Shown here in pieces: positions 1 through 9,849 of a stretch of DNA of 64,000 bases. The first letter of the stretch is position 1; each line of letters opens with the position of its first letter. This stretch comes from Cyanophyceae cyanobacterium (GTDB lineage: Bacteria > Cyanobacteriota > Cyanobacteriia > Cyanobacteriales > Laspinemataceae), in contig JBBQFN010000001.1 of NCBI GenBank assembly GCA_038321985.1, forward strand, positions 416,001 to 480,000. Reading direction: 5' to 3'. The position numbers and the translations under genes are program-made. The notes under the pieces were generated by a model. The model was not told where the DNA came from. It did no database searches and saw only the letters and a list, made by a program, of their open reading frames with translations.

Positions 1-990
1 ATACACTTGTTCCAACCGGGCGATCGCCGTGGCGAGATCGCCATTACCGACATCCTGAAACGAAGGCCACACGGGAATTACCTGAATTGCGGAATAGTCA
101 AACCACCCGGCCTCGATATCCTCTAACACCCCGTATTCTTCCAACAGGGCAATCACGGCGCGGTCTTGATTGGCCGGGGAAAAATCCTCAGCCCCTATTT
201 TTTTAGCCATCCGGTCCCAAGTGGTACTGAGAAACTGGTACTTTCCAGCGGCATCGGAACAAAGCCGGGACCCGTAACTCCACCCACACTTGATCTCCCG
301 AGGATGATCCTCAAAACTGGAAAACAGGGTTCCGGTAAACTGCATCCGATAGGCATCCGGACCCGCTGTCCCTTCTGCCCAGGCGATCGTATCCAGAAAG
401 GCATAGACGTAAGCGGCTTTGAGGGCGGCGACGTTCTGGGGTTTAGCCCGGGGCGATTGCTGTGAGAGGGTCACTTGTTCGAGGGTTTCCGCTTGGGAAT
501 TCAGATGGGATGCAATGGTTAGGGTAACCCCGGCCAAGCAGACGACGCACAGAAACCAAGCCCGGGTCTGATGGGTTTTCCGGGACCCTGGCCTAGATCT
601 GTGTCTTAAGGTCGATTCTAATTTAGCCAAGACCCCGGCCAGAGTCTTGGAACCGTCAGGCGATCGCCCTTTAACCCGGACTTTGGGCCACTGTTCCAGG
701 GGAATGTTTACCGGCAACAGCCCCCGGTGATACCAATAGGCAAATAGAGACTTGAGGGCAGACAAGCGCGCTTGAGCCTGGGAGGGTGGAATGCGACGGG
801 TGGCAAGGGTTTGGGCAAAGGCCAGGACATCGGCTAACGTCACTACAGCCAGGGGTTTCTCGACAAAGGTTACAAACTCTCTCACCCATAAGTGGCGATC
901 GCGGCGTTGATGGGGCGGCTGTTGTTGCAGCCAAAGTTGAATCGCTTCGCGATCGAGGTTGGTTTGAGTTTTTAGAGTGTCTGGGTTCAT
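1..990 (-). CDS. Fusion protein, 3'-truncated by the window edge: tyrosine-recombinase core-binding (SAM-like) N-domain, TM helix, and lambda-type lysozyme/muramidase domain
   Basis: Hand-translated; not in the ORF track. ATG at 990 preceded by AGGAGA, then 330 open codons to base 1. N-terminus: EAIQLWL...FVEKPLAVVTLADVLAFAQTL...QARLSALKSLFAYWYHRGLLPVN. Hydrophobic segment: AWFLCVVCLAGVTLTIA. C-terminal region: AFLDTIAWAEGT...FEDHPR...SDAAGKYQFLSTTWD...DFSPANQDRAVIALL, typical of lambda R-like lysozymes. Confidence 0.85.
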   Translation of the reverse strand, partial: MNPDTLKTQTNLDREAIQLWLQQQPPHQRRDRHLWVREFVTFVEKPLAVVTLADVLAFAQTLATRRIPPSQAQARLSALKSLFAYWYHRGLLPVNIPLEQWPKVRVKGRSPDGSKTLAGVLAKLESTLRHRSRPGSRKTHQTRAWFLCVVCLAGVTLTIASHLNSQAETLEQVTLSQQSPRAKPQNVAALKAAYVYAFLDTIAWAEGTAGPDAYRMQFTGTLFSSFEDHPREIKCGWSYGSRLCSDAAGKYQFLSTTWDRMAKKIGAEDFSPANQDRAVIALLEEYGVLEDIEAGWFDYSAIQVIPVWPSFQDVGNGDLATAIARLEQVY

Positions 991-1754
991 GAAAAATCTC
1001 CTGTTTTTCCGTTTTCCCCGGGGAATTGTCCGGTAAGGTCCACCTGTGCCCAGGCGTTAATCCTTGGTTCTAGGAGGGTTCGGGCATTCAACTCCCCGAG
1101 GGACGATGGGAGATTTAACCCATTCCCAGGCATTGAGCGGCGATCGCCTGATTCGGCCAAGGCGCTTCCTATACATCAGGGTTGCATTTCCCTTGACGCC
1201 AAAAAACACCCCCCAGATAGACCTCACTGAAGTGATTCCTCAAGCCTAGAGGGGCAATCTCACCCAATAGGGAGATCCTAAATCTCTGTAGTCCAAGTTA
1301 GTTTAATTCTAGGGTTCCCAGGTTTCGAGAATTATCAATATTTATCAATAAAAATACGACTAAATAAAAAACTAAGGGTGGTACAATAATAGGCTGTCTA
1401 TTTATCCATTTTAGTCGGATTTAGTACGCTCATTCAACGATCCCTAATCAGCAGAAGGTGAACAAAAGGAACTGTGACCCCGAGGATTTATCCAAAAAGT
1501 CAGGGTTGGACTTCACCCATTTTTCCCGAAAATTGCTCCGGCAAAAGTTAGGCAGTCTCACCTAAAAACCGAGTTTCTGAATCCAGATCAGGGTTCCGAA
1601 TCGACCCATTCTTTGAGAAAGGCGGCGATCAACTGATGAAGGCAGTCGCCCCTTAAGCTGGGGAGAAAAGCTAGATTGAGCCGCAAGCACTACCCACTAG
1701 GGGAAGACTGAGGGATAATAGTCAGGAGGAGTCTGTGCCGTATAAAGGAAGTCG

Positions 1755-3710
1755 ATGAGCATCTTTACCCTACAATCCGTCAAAAAAGATTTTGGCATTA
1801 AAGAAATCCTCCGGGATGCGAGCTTTAGCCTCAATCCCACCGATAAAGTGGGCTTGATCGGCACGAACGGATCGGGCAAATCTACCTTATTGAAGATGAT
1901 TGCCCGCTTAGAATCAGTCGATGGCGGTCAAATTTTAGTCAATTCTGGGGTGAGGATCGTGTACCTCCCCCAGCAACCGGATCTCGATGAAAAACGCACC
2001 GTATTAGAGCAGGTTTTTGCCGACTGCGGCGATCGCATGAACCTTGTGCGGGAGTATGAGGATCTTAGTCATAAAATCGCCCGCACCCCTGAAGATGGGC
2101 AGTTAATGGCGCGGTTATCCGAAGTCATGCACCAAATGGAAACCAGCGGCGCGTGGGAACTCGAAACCCAAGCCAAAATTATCCTCACCCAGTTGGGAAT
2201 TGAAGATTTTGATGCGGAAATAGGGACACTTTCCGGGGGATATCGCAAGCGAATCGCCCTTGCTGCTGCTTTACTCAGCGATCCAGATGTGCTGCTGATG
2301 GATGAGCCCACAAACCATTTGGATGCGATATCTGTGGAGTGGTTGCAGAGTTATCTCAATAGCTTTCGCGGTGCAATTTTACTCATCACCCACGATCGCT
2401 ATTTTCTTGATCGCGTCACCAATCGGATTATCGAATTGGATCGCGGCGAACTTTACACTTACGATGGCAATTATTCTTATTATTTAGAAAAAAAAGCCCT
2501 AGCTGAAGAAGCAGCAGCCAGTCAGGAACGCAAACATTATGGAGTATTGCGCCGGGAATTAGAATGGCTGAGTCGCGGACCCAAAGCCCGCAGTACCAAG
2601 CAAAAAGCGCGGATTGGTCGGGCGATGGATCTCCAGGATAAGGAGTTTAAACAAAGCCTGGGGAAAGTGGAAATTTCCACCGCCAGTCGGCGGATTGGCA
2701 AGAAGGCGATCGAGCTAGAAAATGTCACCAAAGCCTTTGGCGATCGCACGCTAATCCATGATTTCTCCTTTAAATTTAGTCCCGATGACCGGATCGGTAT
2801 TATCGGCAAAAATGGCATCGGTAAATCAACTTTACTCGATATCATTACCGGACGGATACCCCCCGATTCAGGAGTTGTAGAAATTGGCAGTACCATTCAT
2901 ATTGGTTATTTTGACCAACACTGTGATGATTTACTCGCCGCCCTCAATGAAAATCAACGGGCGATCGATTACGTCAAGGAAGAAGCGGAATTAGTCAAAA
3001 CTGCCGATGGATTACAAATTACTGCCTCTCAAATGTTAGAGCGGTTTTTGTTCCCCCCGAATCAACAATATTTACCCATTCATAAACTTTCTGGGGGAGA
3101 AAAACGGCGACTGTTTTTACTCCGCGTCTTGATGAGCGCCCCAAATATTCTAATTTTGGACGAACCCACCAATGATTTAGACGTGCAAACGTTATCAGTC
3201 CTAGAAGATTACCTGGAGGATTTCAACGGATGTGCGATCGTTGTTTCGCACGATCGCTATTTTCTTGATCGCACTGTTAATACAATTTTTTCCTTAGAAG
3301 AAGGCGGTAACATCCGTCAGTATCCCGGTAACTATACGGTTTACCTCGACTACCAACAAGCAGAAGCATCGGAAGCAGCAAGGCAGGCAACCTCCCTGCA
3401 AAACGAGAAAAAACGCGACTCCCAAACCACAACGGTTGACAAATCGGAACGGGTTAGCTGGGATAAAAATCGTCAGCGCAAACTCTCCTCAAAGGAAAAG
3501 CGTGAGTATCAGCAACTTGAAGAAAAAATTGCCCAAATGGAAGCTGAAAAAGCCGCTACCGAAAAATCTCTTTATTATGCTGAACCGGGAGCAGTGACTG
3601 AAGTCCAAAAACTACACGCTCGTGTTCAGTCTTTAGCTCGGGAAATTGAAGTAGCCACCGAACGTTGGATGGAATTAGCGGAAATTGAGAGTTCATATTC
3701 TAATAATTAA
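1755..3710 (+). CDS. ABC-F family ATP-binding protein (Uup-like)
   Basis: Two ABC ATPase domains (GTNGSGKST/LSGG/DEPTNHLD; GKNGIGKST/LSGGE/DEPTNDLD), PKARSTK linker, C-terminal coiled coil, no TM segments. Confidence 0.93.
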   Translation: MSIFTLQSVKKDFGIKEILRDASFSLNPTDKVGLIGTNGSGKSTLLKMIARLESVDGGQILVNSGVRIVYLPQQPDLDEKRTVLEQVFADCGDRMNLVREYEDLSHKIARTPEDGQLMARLSEVMHQMETSGAWELETQAKIILTQLGIEDFDAEIGTLSGGYRKRIALAAALLSDPDVLLMDEPTNHLDAISVEWLQSYLNSFRGAILLITHDRYFLDRVTNRIIELDRGELYTYDGNYSYYLEKKALAEEAAASQERKHYGVLRRELEWLSRGPKARSTKQKARIGRAMDLQDKEFKQSLGKVEISTASRRIGKKAIELENVTKAFGDRTLIHDFSFKFSPDDRIGIIGKNGIGKSTLLDIITGRIPPDSGVVEIGSTIHIGYFDQHCDDLLAALNENQRAIDYVKEEAELVKTADGLQITASQMLERFLFPPNQQYLPIHKLSGGEKRRLFLLRVLMSAPNILILDEPTNDLDVQTLSVLEDYLEDFNGCAIVVSHDRYFLDRTVNTIFSLEEGGNIRQYPGNYTVYLDYQQAEASEAARQATSLQNEKKRDSQTTTVDKSERVSWDKNRQRKLSSKEKREYQQLEEKIAQMEAEKAATEKSLYYAEPGAVTEVQKLHARVQSLAREIEVATERWMELAEIESSYSNN

Positions 3711-3909
3711 TCTAAAAAAATCGGTGTAATTTTCATGTTTGGGAGTCCAGTTCCCTCCCCGATGCCTTGGTGAGGGAACTGAAATTTACCTTTTCTAGAT
3801 TAAATTAGCTTAAAATTTTTACCCTGATTAGGGGGTAGGGACAATTAATAGCCCTTAAAAAACAACCGGAATGATTTAGAATAAACCTGTTACTTCTTAT
3901 CCGTTAATT

Positions 3910-4533
3910 ATGAACATAACCTGTCAGAATATCCTCAAAAATAACGAACATCTTTGGCATGAAGCTACAGTGCATCCATTTTTGGAAAGTTGTAAACAAG
4001 GAACCATTACGCCAGAGCAATTTAATACCTGGCTGGTTCAAGACTATCAATTTGTAGTGGAATTTACACGGATGTTGGCCCGGATTTTAGCCGTTGCCCC
4101 CCGCCATCATTTTGATCTACTTTTAGGGGGATTAACTGCCCTGAAAGATGAATTAAATTGGTTTCAAGTTAAAGCCGCAGAACGGGATTTATCCTTAGAT
4201 GTTGCCAAACAAACTACCTGTGAAGAATATAGCCAGTTTATGGAGAGTCTGACCCTTACCCCTTATCCCGTGCAAGCTACAGGATTGTGGGCAATCGAAT
4301 TGGCGTATAATCAAGGTTGGCAATTGCCCGGACCCATGCCGGAACCTTATACCGAGTTCGCCGATCGCTGGGGAAATCCGGGCTTTACGGATTACGTTAA
4401 GTTGTTAGAAAAACAAGCTGATGAGGGGCTGGTTAATGCCTCAGAATCCCTCCAAAAAGAAGCGCAACAAACTTTGATAACCGTGGCTCATTTTGAAAAA
4501 GCATTTTGGCAAATGGCATTTAATGCAGCCTAA
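3910..4533 (+). CDS. TenA/THI-4 family protein (thiamine salvage-related)
   Basis: ATVHPFL...FNTWLVQDYQFV and EKAFWQMA motifs. Confidence 0.85.
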   Translation: MNITCQNILKNNEHLWHEATVHPFLESCKQGTITPEQFNTWLVQDYQFVVEFTRMLARILAVAPRHHFDLLLGGLTALKDELNWFQVKAAERDLSLDVAKQTTCEEYSQFMESLTLTPYPVQATGLWAIELAYNQGWQLPGPMPEPYTEFADRWGNPGFTDYVKLLEKQADEGLVNASESLQKEAQQTLITVAHFEKAFWQMAFNAA

Positions 4534-4612
4534 GCCAATCGGTGTTAGAAAGGCCATCAATACTGTCTTTATTTCAGCTTAAATCAAGTTGACGATCTTT
4601 TCAGCCCGTTGC

Positions 4613-4656
4613 AGCATCTTGCTCCCTTGCTTCACTAGGGAGCGAGATGCTCCCAC
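4613..4656. repeat. REP-like inverted repeat (GGGAGCATCTTGCTCCC family)
   Basis: GCATCTTGCTCCC ... GGGAGCGAGATGC(TCCCAC); a related copy lies at about 45069-45114. Confidence 0.6.
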
Positions 4657-4734
4657 TCTTTAATCTAGGGTTCAACTGATTTAGACAGGCTCTAAGGAAA
4701 TTTTAAATGGATTGCCTCTAATAATTCTCCTGAA

Positions 4735-5454
4735 TTACATTGCATCCATTCCCGTCAAATAATTATAATTACCCTCGCCAACTGACTTATTCAAAGTGTG
4801 AAGAATTGAAGAGGAGTTATCGTAAGGTCCGCTCTGATAAAAGGGCTTCCCATCTTTTCCAAATTCGAGTTTAAGTTCGCCATTCCACTCCCCTAAATGT
4901 TCTCGGGCTTTTTCAAAATCATGATGAGGTTTAAAGCCTAATTTTTCCGCATATTCAACCGCCCCGAAGACAATCGCTTGGGCTTCAGTTAAGGAGATTT
5001 CGTGGGAACCCCCGGGGAAGGGTTCATAATACATAGAAATAAGTTGTTCGTATTCACTGCGGTTGTATTTGCGGGGTCCGGAAGCATCTTTCACTCCCAA
5101 ACACCAATAATCAACGAGGTAAGAACAGAGAATAAAGCGGTTAAAACCGGGCGATCGCGTTACGGTAACAACAGCAAAACCACTCTCGTGGTTGTTTTCT
5201 GGATCCTCTACGGAGTCGGTGGCGATCGCTGCTTGAGCGGGGAATAAGCGGGATACGCAGTTAACATTAATTAAACACTGTACCACCGGCGCTAATTCTC
5301 CCGATTCTGCACGGGCGATCGCCACCGACTCCGCTTGTCCCTTCAAAAACGCCGTGACTTCTGAAACTTTCAACCCCATTTTTCGGGCGATTTGCTTAGG
5401 GGTTAACTTGCCGGACCGTAAGCTCAGAATTTCTTGGGTTTGTTCGGTATTCAT
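4735..5454 (-). CDS. Hypothetical protein with N-terminal helix-turn-helix
   Basis: 239-aa ORF; LTPKQIARKMGLKVSEV resembles an HTH; the C-terminal domain was not recognised. Confidence 0.7.
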   Translation of the reverse strand: MNTEQTQEILSLRSGKLTPKQIARKMGLKVSEVTAFLKGQAESVAIARAESGELAPVVQCLINVNCVSRLFPAQAAIATDSVEDPENNHESGFAVVTVTRSPGFNRFILCSYLVDYWCLGVKDASGPRKYNRSEYEQLISMYYEPFPGGSHEISLTEAQAIVFGAVEYAEKLGFKPHHDFEKAREHLGEWNGELKLEFGKDGKPFYQSGPYDNSSSILHTLNKSVGEGNYNYLTGMDAM

Positions 5455-5650
5455 CCTTTTCTCCGAGTGACTCCTTTCTTAGAATACAACAATCCCGGAA
5501 TCCCAATTATGAGCACAAAGATAAAACCCAAAAATTCATCCTTCCCAATCTCCCCCTGTCAACAACCGGCGCTCTACGGTAAAATAGGTGGGTTGTGGGC
5601 GATCGCCCCACAGATTCCCATTCAATTTTGCAAAATTCTAGGAGAAACCT

Positions 5651-6070
5651 ATGTCTCGTGCCATTATGGAAACCGAAAAAGGAACGATTAATCTGGATCT
5701 GTTCGACAAAGATGCCCCGAAGACAGTGGAAAATTTCACCAAATTATCGGAAAGTGGATTTTATGATGGAAAAACTTTTCATCGCGTTATCGCCAATTTT
5801 ATGATCCAAGGGGGATGTCCCAATGGCGATGGAACTGGGGGTCCGGGTTATAAAATTAAATGTGAAATTAACCCGAATAAACATCTTTCCGGTAGTTTGT
5901 CAATGGCCCATGCGGGTCCCAATACCGGAGGCAGCCAATTTTTTATTTGCCACTCTCCGCAAGCCCATTTAGATGGAAAGCATACGGTTTTTGGCAAAAC
6001 TGAAGATATGGATGTGGTTGATTCTATTCGGGCTGGAGATAAAATTCTCTCGGTTAAAATTGAGAAATAA
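5651..6070 (+). CDS. Cyclophilin-type peptidyl-prolyl cis-trans isomerase
   Basis: [48 protein letters not shown] upstream. Confidence 0.96.
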   Translation: MSRAIMETEKGTINLDLFDKDAPKTVENFTKLSESGFYDGKTFHRVIANFMIQGGCPNGDGTGGPGYKIKCEINPNKHLSGSLSMAHAGPNTGGSQFFICHSPQAHLDGKHTVFGKTEDMDVVDSIRAGDKILSVKIEK

Positions 6071-6091
6071 TTAAGTAAAACAAGTCGCTTA

Positions 6092-6119
6092 GGTAGGGGT
6101 TCAAACTGATTCCCCTACC
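6092..6119. terminator. GTAGGGG...CCCCTAC hairpin between convergent genes (REP-like or terminator)
   Basis: ggtagggg ttcaaactgatt cccctacc. Confidence 0.5.
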
Positions 6120-6128
6120 GTCTCCAAT

Positions 6129-7256
6129 TTAATACAGTTCATATTTGAGTAACGTACAAGGCAAAGACCCATTGTAAACCGGAATGCGGCGTGAGGGTCG
6201 CAATCCAACTTTTTTGGTGAGTTCTTTGTTGCCCGATAAAATATAAGCAGTCCACCCGGTAAAACGCTGTTTCAAAATATCCCCAATGGATTTATAAAAA
6301 TCCCCCAATTGGTGAACTTCTCCGAGACGTTCTCCGTAGGGAGGATTGCAGATAAAAATGCCGCTTTCAGCAGGGGGTTCGATATGATAAAATTCTTGGG
6401 TTGAAAATTGAATATGAGCGTCTAATCCGCAGTTTTTAGCATTAATATGCGCTTGTTGGATGACGGCGCGATCGCGATCGCTGCCGTAAATCGGCGCAGT
6501 CAATTCGTTTTTTTGACCCTCTAAGGCTTCTTGGTGCAATTCGTCCCACAGTTTCGAGTCAAAGTCACGCCAACTCATAAACCCAAACCGTTCTCTAAAC
6601 AATCCCGGGGCGATATTTAAGGCTTTTAACCCCGCCTCTAAGGGTAAAGTCCCGGATCCACAAAGGGGGTCTAAAAACGTCTGTTCGGGAGAATATTCAG
6701 CGAGTTCTAAAATAGCTGCGGCTAAACTTTCTTTCAGGGGTGCAGTTCCCATTGCCGGACGGTATCCGCGCCGATGTAAGCTGGTGCCAGAACTATCTAA
6801 ACTCAGGATAGCGCGATCGCCGTGAATGTGGAGATTCACTAACAAATCGGGGTCTTTGGGATCGACGGTAGACCGTTCTCCGGTGCGATCGCGTTGTTGG
6901 TCTACGATCGCATTTTTTACCTGTAATGCAGTAAAATGAGTGTGATTCAGTCTTTGATTGCTGCCCGTACAATTCACTGCTAGGGTATTACTGGGATCAA
7001 GATACTCTTCCCAATCAATAGCTTGTACTTCCCGATACAGCATTTCGGCATTTTGACAATAAAATTCTCGAATCGGAACGAGAACGCGAAATAGAGTTCT
7101 CGCCCACAAATTAACCCGGTAAAGTAAGGCGCGATCGCCTGAAAAATGGACTCCTGTAAAGTCCGGGCGAACATCGCGAGCACCTAACCGTTCTAACTCT
7201 TGGACGGCAATGGGTTCTAAACCCCGAGCGACAGTAGCAAAGTATTCAGTCATCAT
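6129..7256 (-). CDS. THUMP-domain class I SAM-dependent RNA methyltransferase (RlmL/YpsC-like)
   Basis: SLHRRGYR, APLKESLAAA, DPLCGSGT and NPPYGERL motifs. Confidence 0.92.
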   Translation of the reverse strand: MMTEYFATVARGLEPIAVQELERLGARDVRPDFTGVHFSGDRALLYRVNLWARTLFRVLVPIREFYCQNAEMLYREVQAIDWEEYLDPSNTLAVNCTGSNQRLNHTHFTALQVKNAIVDQQRDRTGERSTVDPKDPDLLVNLHIHGDRAILSLDSSGTSLHRRGYRPAMGTAPLKESLAAAILELAEYSPEQTFLDPLCGSGTLPLEAGLKALNIAPGLFRERFGFMSWRDFDSKLWDELHQEALEGQKNELTAPIYGSDRDRAVIQQAHINAKNCGLDAHIQFSTQEFYHIEPPAESGIFICNPPYGERLGEVHQLGDFYKSIGDILKQRFTGWTAYILSGNKELTKKVGLRPSRRIPVYNGSLPCTLLKYELY

Positions 7257-7374
7257 GAAGGATAGTTTATCAGAAAAGCGTCCGCCCAGACCCTTTAAAA
7301 TGATATTTCTCTGGCCCGAAAATTCTGGAAAACGCCGAATTCCTGGGTGACGGATTAGGAAAACCGGGGTGCGA

Positions 7375-9849
7375 TTATGATCCCACGGGTGAACTTGAAT
7401 CCTCTTCTCGCAGTCGGCTATACAATGGCAGCTTAACGGTAAATGCTGTTCCCAATCCTACCTCACTTTTAACCAAAATTTCACCGCCATGTAAGTCGGT
7501 ACTCCGTTTTACCATTGCCAATCCCAAACCCGTACCGGGGATATTCCCAACATTTCCGCAACGGTGGAATGTTTCAAAAAGACGAGGTATTTCATCGGGG
7601 GGAATGCCAATTCCCAAATCTTTAATCAGGAAAATAACCTCGGTTTCAGTAAAACTGAGTTCAAAATAAACTTCGCCGCCATTAGGGGAGTATTTAATGG
7701 CATTGGAAAGTAAGTTATTTAAAATGTAACGTAATAATTTTTCATCAAAATAAGGCTTGGTAAACCTAGATTCAGGAAACTCGTTGGGGTATTTTTTTAC
7801 AAAATTGATAGTATATTCTTTTGTAGCCGAAAATTGAAATTCTTCCACAATTCCTTCACAAAAGGGAAAAAGTTCAAGGGGTTGGGGATTAAAGGGAAGT
7901 TGACTCATTTCGGCCCGTCCGATGAATAGCACATCTTCTAGCAATTGAGTCATATTTACGGTAGCCGATTGAATGCGGTGCAGGGCTTGGACCTTTTTAT
8001 CCATTTTGTCATTGGGCCATTCTTCTAAATAATATTCGAGTAAATCAGCAGAGGAAAGAATGGTGGTCATGGGGGTGCGGAATTCGTGAGAAACCATTGA
8101 AACAAACCGGGTTCTAAATTCCATAATTTCTCGTTCTTTCGCTAAGGCATGACGCAGTTGCTCCTCCGCTCTCTTGAGTTCTGTAATATCTTCAGAAATT
8201 CCGGCAATGCGGTAGATTTTACCTTCTTCGTCACGGATGGGAAAACCCCGATCGCGAATCCACCGAATGGAACCATCTGGACGAATGATCCGATATTCCC
8301 GATCGAGGCGGTCTAAGGGCATTAATCCCGTGAGGACAGCTTGGCGATCGTCGGGATGAATCGCCTCTAAACGGGCCGTAGGTTTCTCATACAATTGCTG
8401 GCGTTCTAGTCCCCAAATTTCCTCGTAAGCTGGGGAAACATACAGGATTTGAGTATAGTTTGGATCACTGATCCAAAAGACCTCTTCGATATTTTCGGCT
8501 AACTGGCGGAAGCGTTCCTCGCTGGCTTGAACGGCTGCTTCTGCTAATTTACGTTCCGTGATATCTCGTCCCACGGATTGAAACTCACACAATACCCCTT
8601 GAGCGTCAAAAATAGCGCGATCGGTCCACTGTTGCCAGCGCAGGTCGCCATTGGGCATCATGATCCGGCGTTCTTGGGTAACAACAGGCATGGCGACGGG
8701 ATTGCGATCAATATCGGGTATCAAAGAGACCACCGATCCATCCATGAGTTCTTGGCGACTCACGCCGAAATAGCGGCAGTAGGCATCATTAACAAAGGTC
8801 AGGGTACCATCCGGGGCAAACCGACAAATCAGTTCGGTTTGATCTTCAACAATGGCACGATAGCGAGCTTCAGAAGAACGCAGGGCTACTTCTGCTAAGG
8901 CACGCTCTTTATGAAGGGACACGGCGGCGGCGGCAGCCCGTAGAATAGAGACTTCTGACTCGGACCAAACCCGAGGTTCTGTGCAATTATCAAAGCGAAT
9001 AAACCCGAAGAATTCGCCATGCACAATTAGGGGCAAAATCAGCAGAGATTGGATTCCGGCTTCTTCTAAAATTTTTCGTTCTGAGTCTGGAAAATTACTC
9101 ACAACATCAGCGATCACTTCTCCTTGGGCTAAGAGCGATACCCACCGATCCATGAGTACGGGTGCTTTCAAGGAAAAACATTGAGCCGGTTCGGGATGAG
9201 TTTCGGATCCATCTTGAATTTTTAACTCTTCGCAACTCCACTGTGCCACGAGGAGCGGGGAGTGATCCGTTTGTTCAGGATTGCTTGCAGACAGGGGGGG
9301 GTTTTGGCATAAGTAGACCCGGCTAGCATGAGCTGATTGTCCCAAGGGTTTGAGAATTTCCGTGTAGGGGTAGGTGGGAGTATTACCTGTGTTGGGATCT
9401 CCCTTAAAGGCGAGGAGTCGGCGCTGCACCTCTACTAAGGCTTCTAACTGCTGGTTGGCGTGGCTAAGTTGTTGGGTTAAGCCGTGTAATCGTAAGGCGG
9501 CACGCACCCGCGCTAGGAACTCTTCGGTTTCGATGGGTTTGGAGAGAAAATCATCGGCTCCGGTGTTGAGTCCCTTGATGCGATCGCCAACTTCTTCTCG
9601 TGCGGTGAGTAGGATGAAAAACATCGGTGCAAGTTCCGGATCGGACTTGATTTTCTGACACACCTCTAATCCATCCAATCCGGGCATCATCCAATCGCAA
9701 ACAATCAAATCAGGTTCCAGTTTTCTGGCAAGACGCAAGCCCTCAATGCCATCACTAGCCACGGTGATATTATGTCCGTCGCTCTCGAGTAAGTCTTGGA
9801 GGACTAACTGCACGGTTATGTCATCATCAACAATTAGGATTTTAGCCAT
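7375..9849 (-). CDS. Hybrid sensor histidine kinase (REC-GAF-PAS-PAS-HisKA-HATPase)
   Basis: N-terminal ILIVDDD...CDWMMPGLDG receiver, GAF, two PAS/PAC, SHEFRTP H-box, NAIKYSP and GTGLGL. Confidence 0.93.
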   Translation of the reverse strand: MAKILIVDDDITVQLVLQDLLESDGHNITVASDGIEGLRLARKLEPDLIVCDWMMPGLDGLEVCQKIKSDPELAPMFFILLTAREEVGDRIKGLNTGADDFLSKPIETEEFLARVRAALRLHGLTQQLSHANQQLEALVEVQRRLLAFKGDPNTGNTPTYPYTEILKPLGQSAHASRVYLCQNPPLSASNPEQTDHSPLLVAQWSCEELKIQDGSETHPEPAQCFSLKAPVLMDRWVSLLAQGEVIADVVSNFPDSERKILEEAGIQSLLILPLIVHGEFFGFIRFDNCTEPRVWSESEVSILRAAAAAVSLHKERALAEVALRSSEARYRAIVEDQTELICRFAPDGTLTFVNDAYCRYFGVSRQELMDGSVVSLIPDIDRNPVAMPVVTQERRIMMPNGDLRWQQWTDRAIFDAQGVLCEFQSVGRDITERKLAEAAVQASEERFRQLAENIEEVFWISDPNYTQILYVSPAYEEIWGLERQQLYEKPTARLEAIHPDDRQAVLTGLMPLDRLDREYRIIRPDGSIRWIRDRGFPIRDEEGKIYRIAGISEDITELKRAEEQLRHALAKEREIMEFRTRFVSMVSHEFRTPMTTILSSADLLEYYLEEWPNDKMDKKVQALHRIQSATVNMTQLLEDVLFIGRAEMSQLPFNPQPLELFPFCEGIVEEFQFSATKEYTINFVKKYPNEFPESRFTKPYFDEKLLRYILNNLLSNAIKYSPNGGEVYFELSFTETEVIFLIKDLGIGIPPDEIPRLFETFHRCGNVGNIPGTGLGLAMVKRSTDLHGGEILVKSEVGLGTAFTVKLPLYSRLREEDSSSPVGS

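Noticed and set aside
166..1249. Short ORFs in the track (166-465, 195-404, 671-934, 786-992, 1064-1249)
   Set aside because: Most overlap the real 990->1 minus-strand gene in other frames, and none has recognisable motifs.
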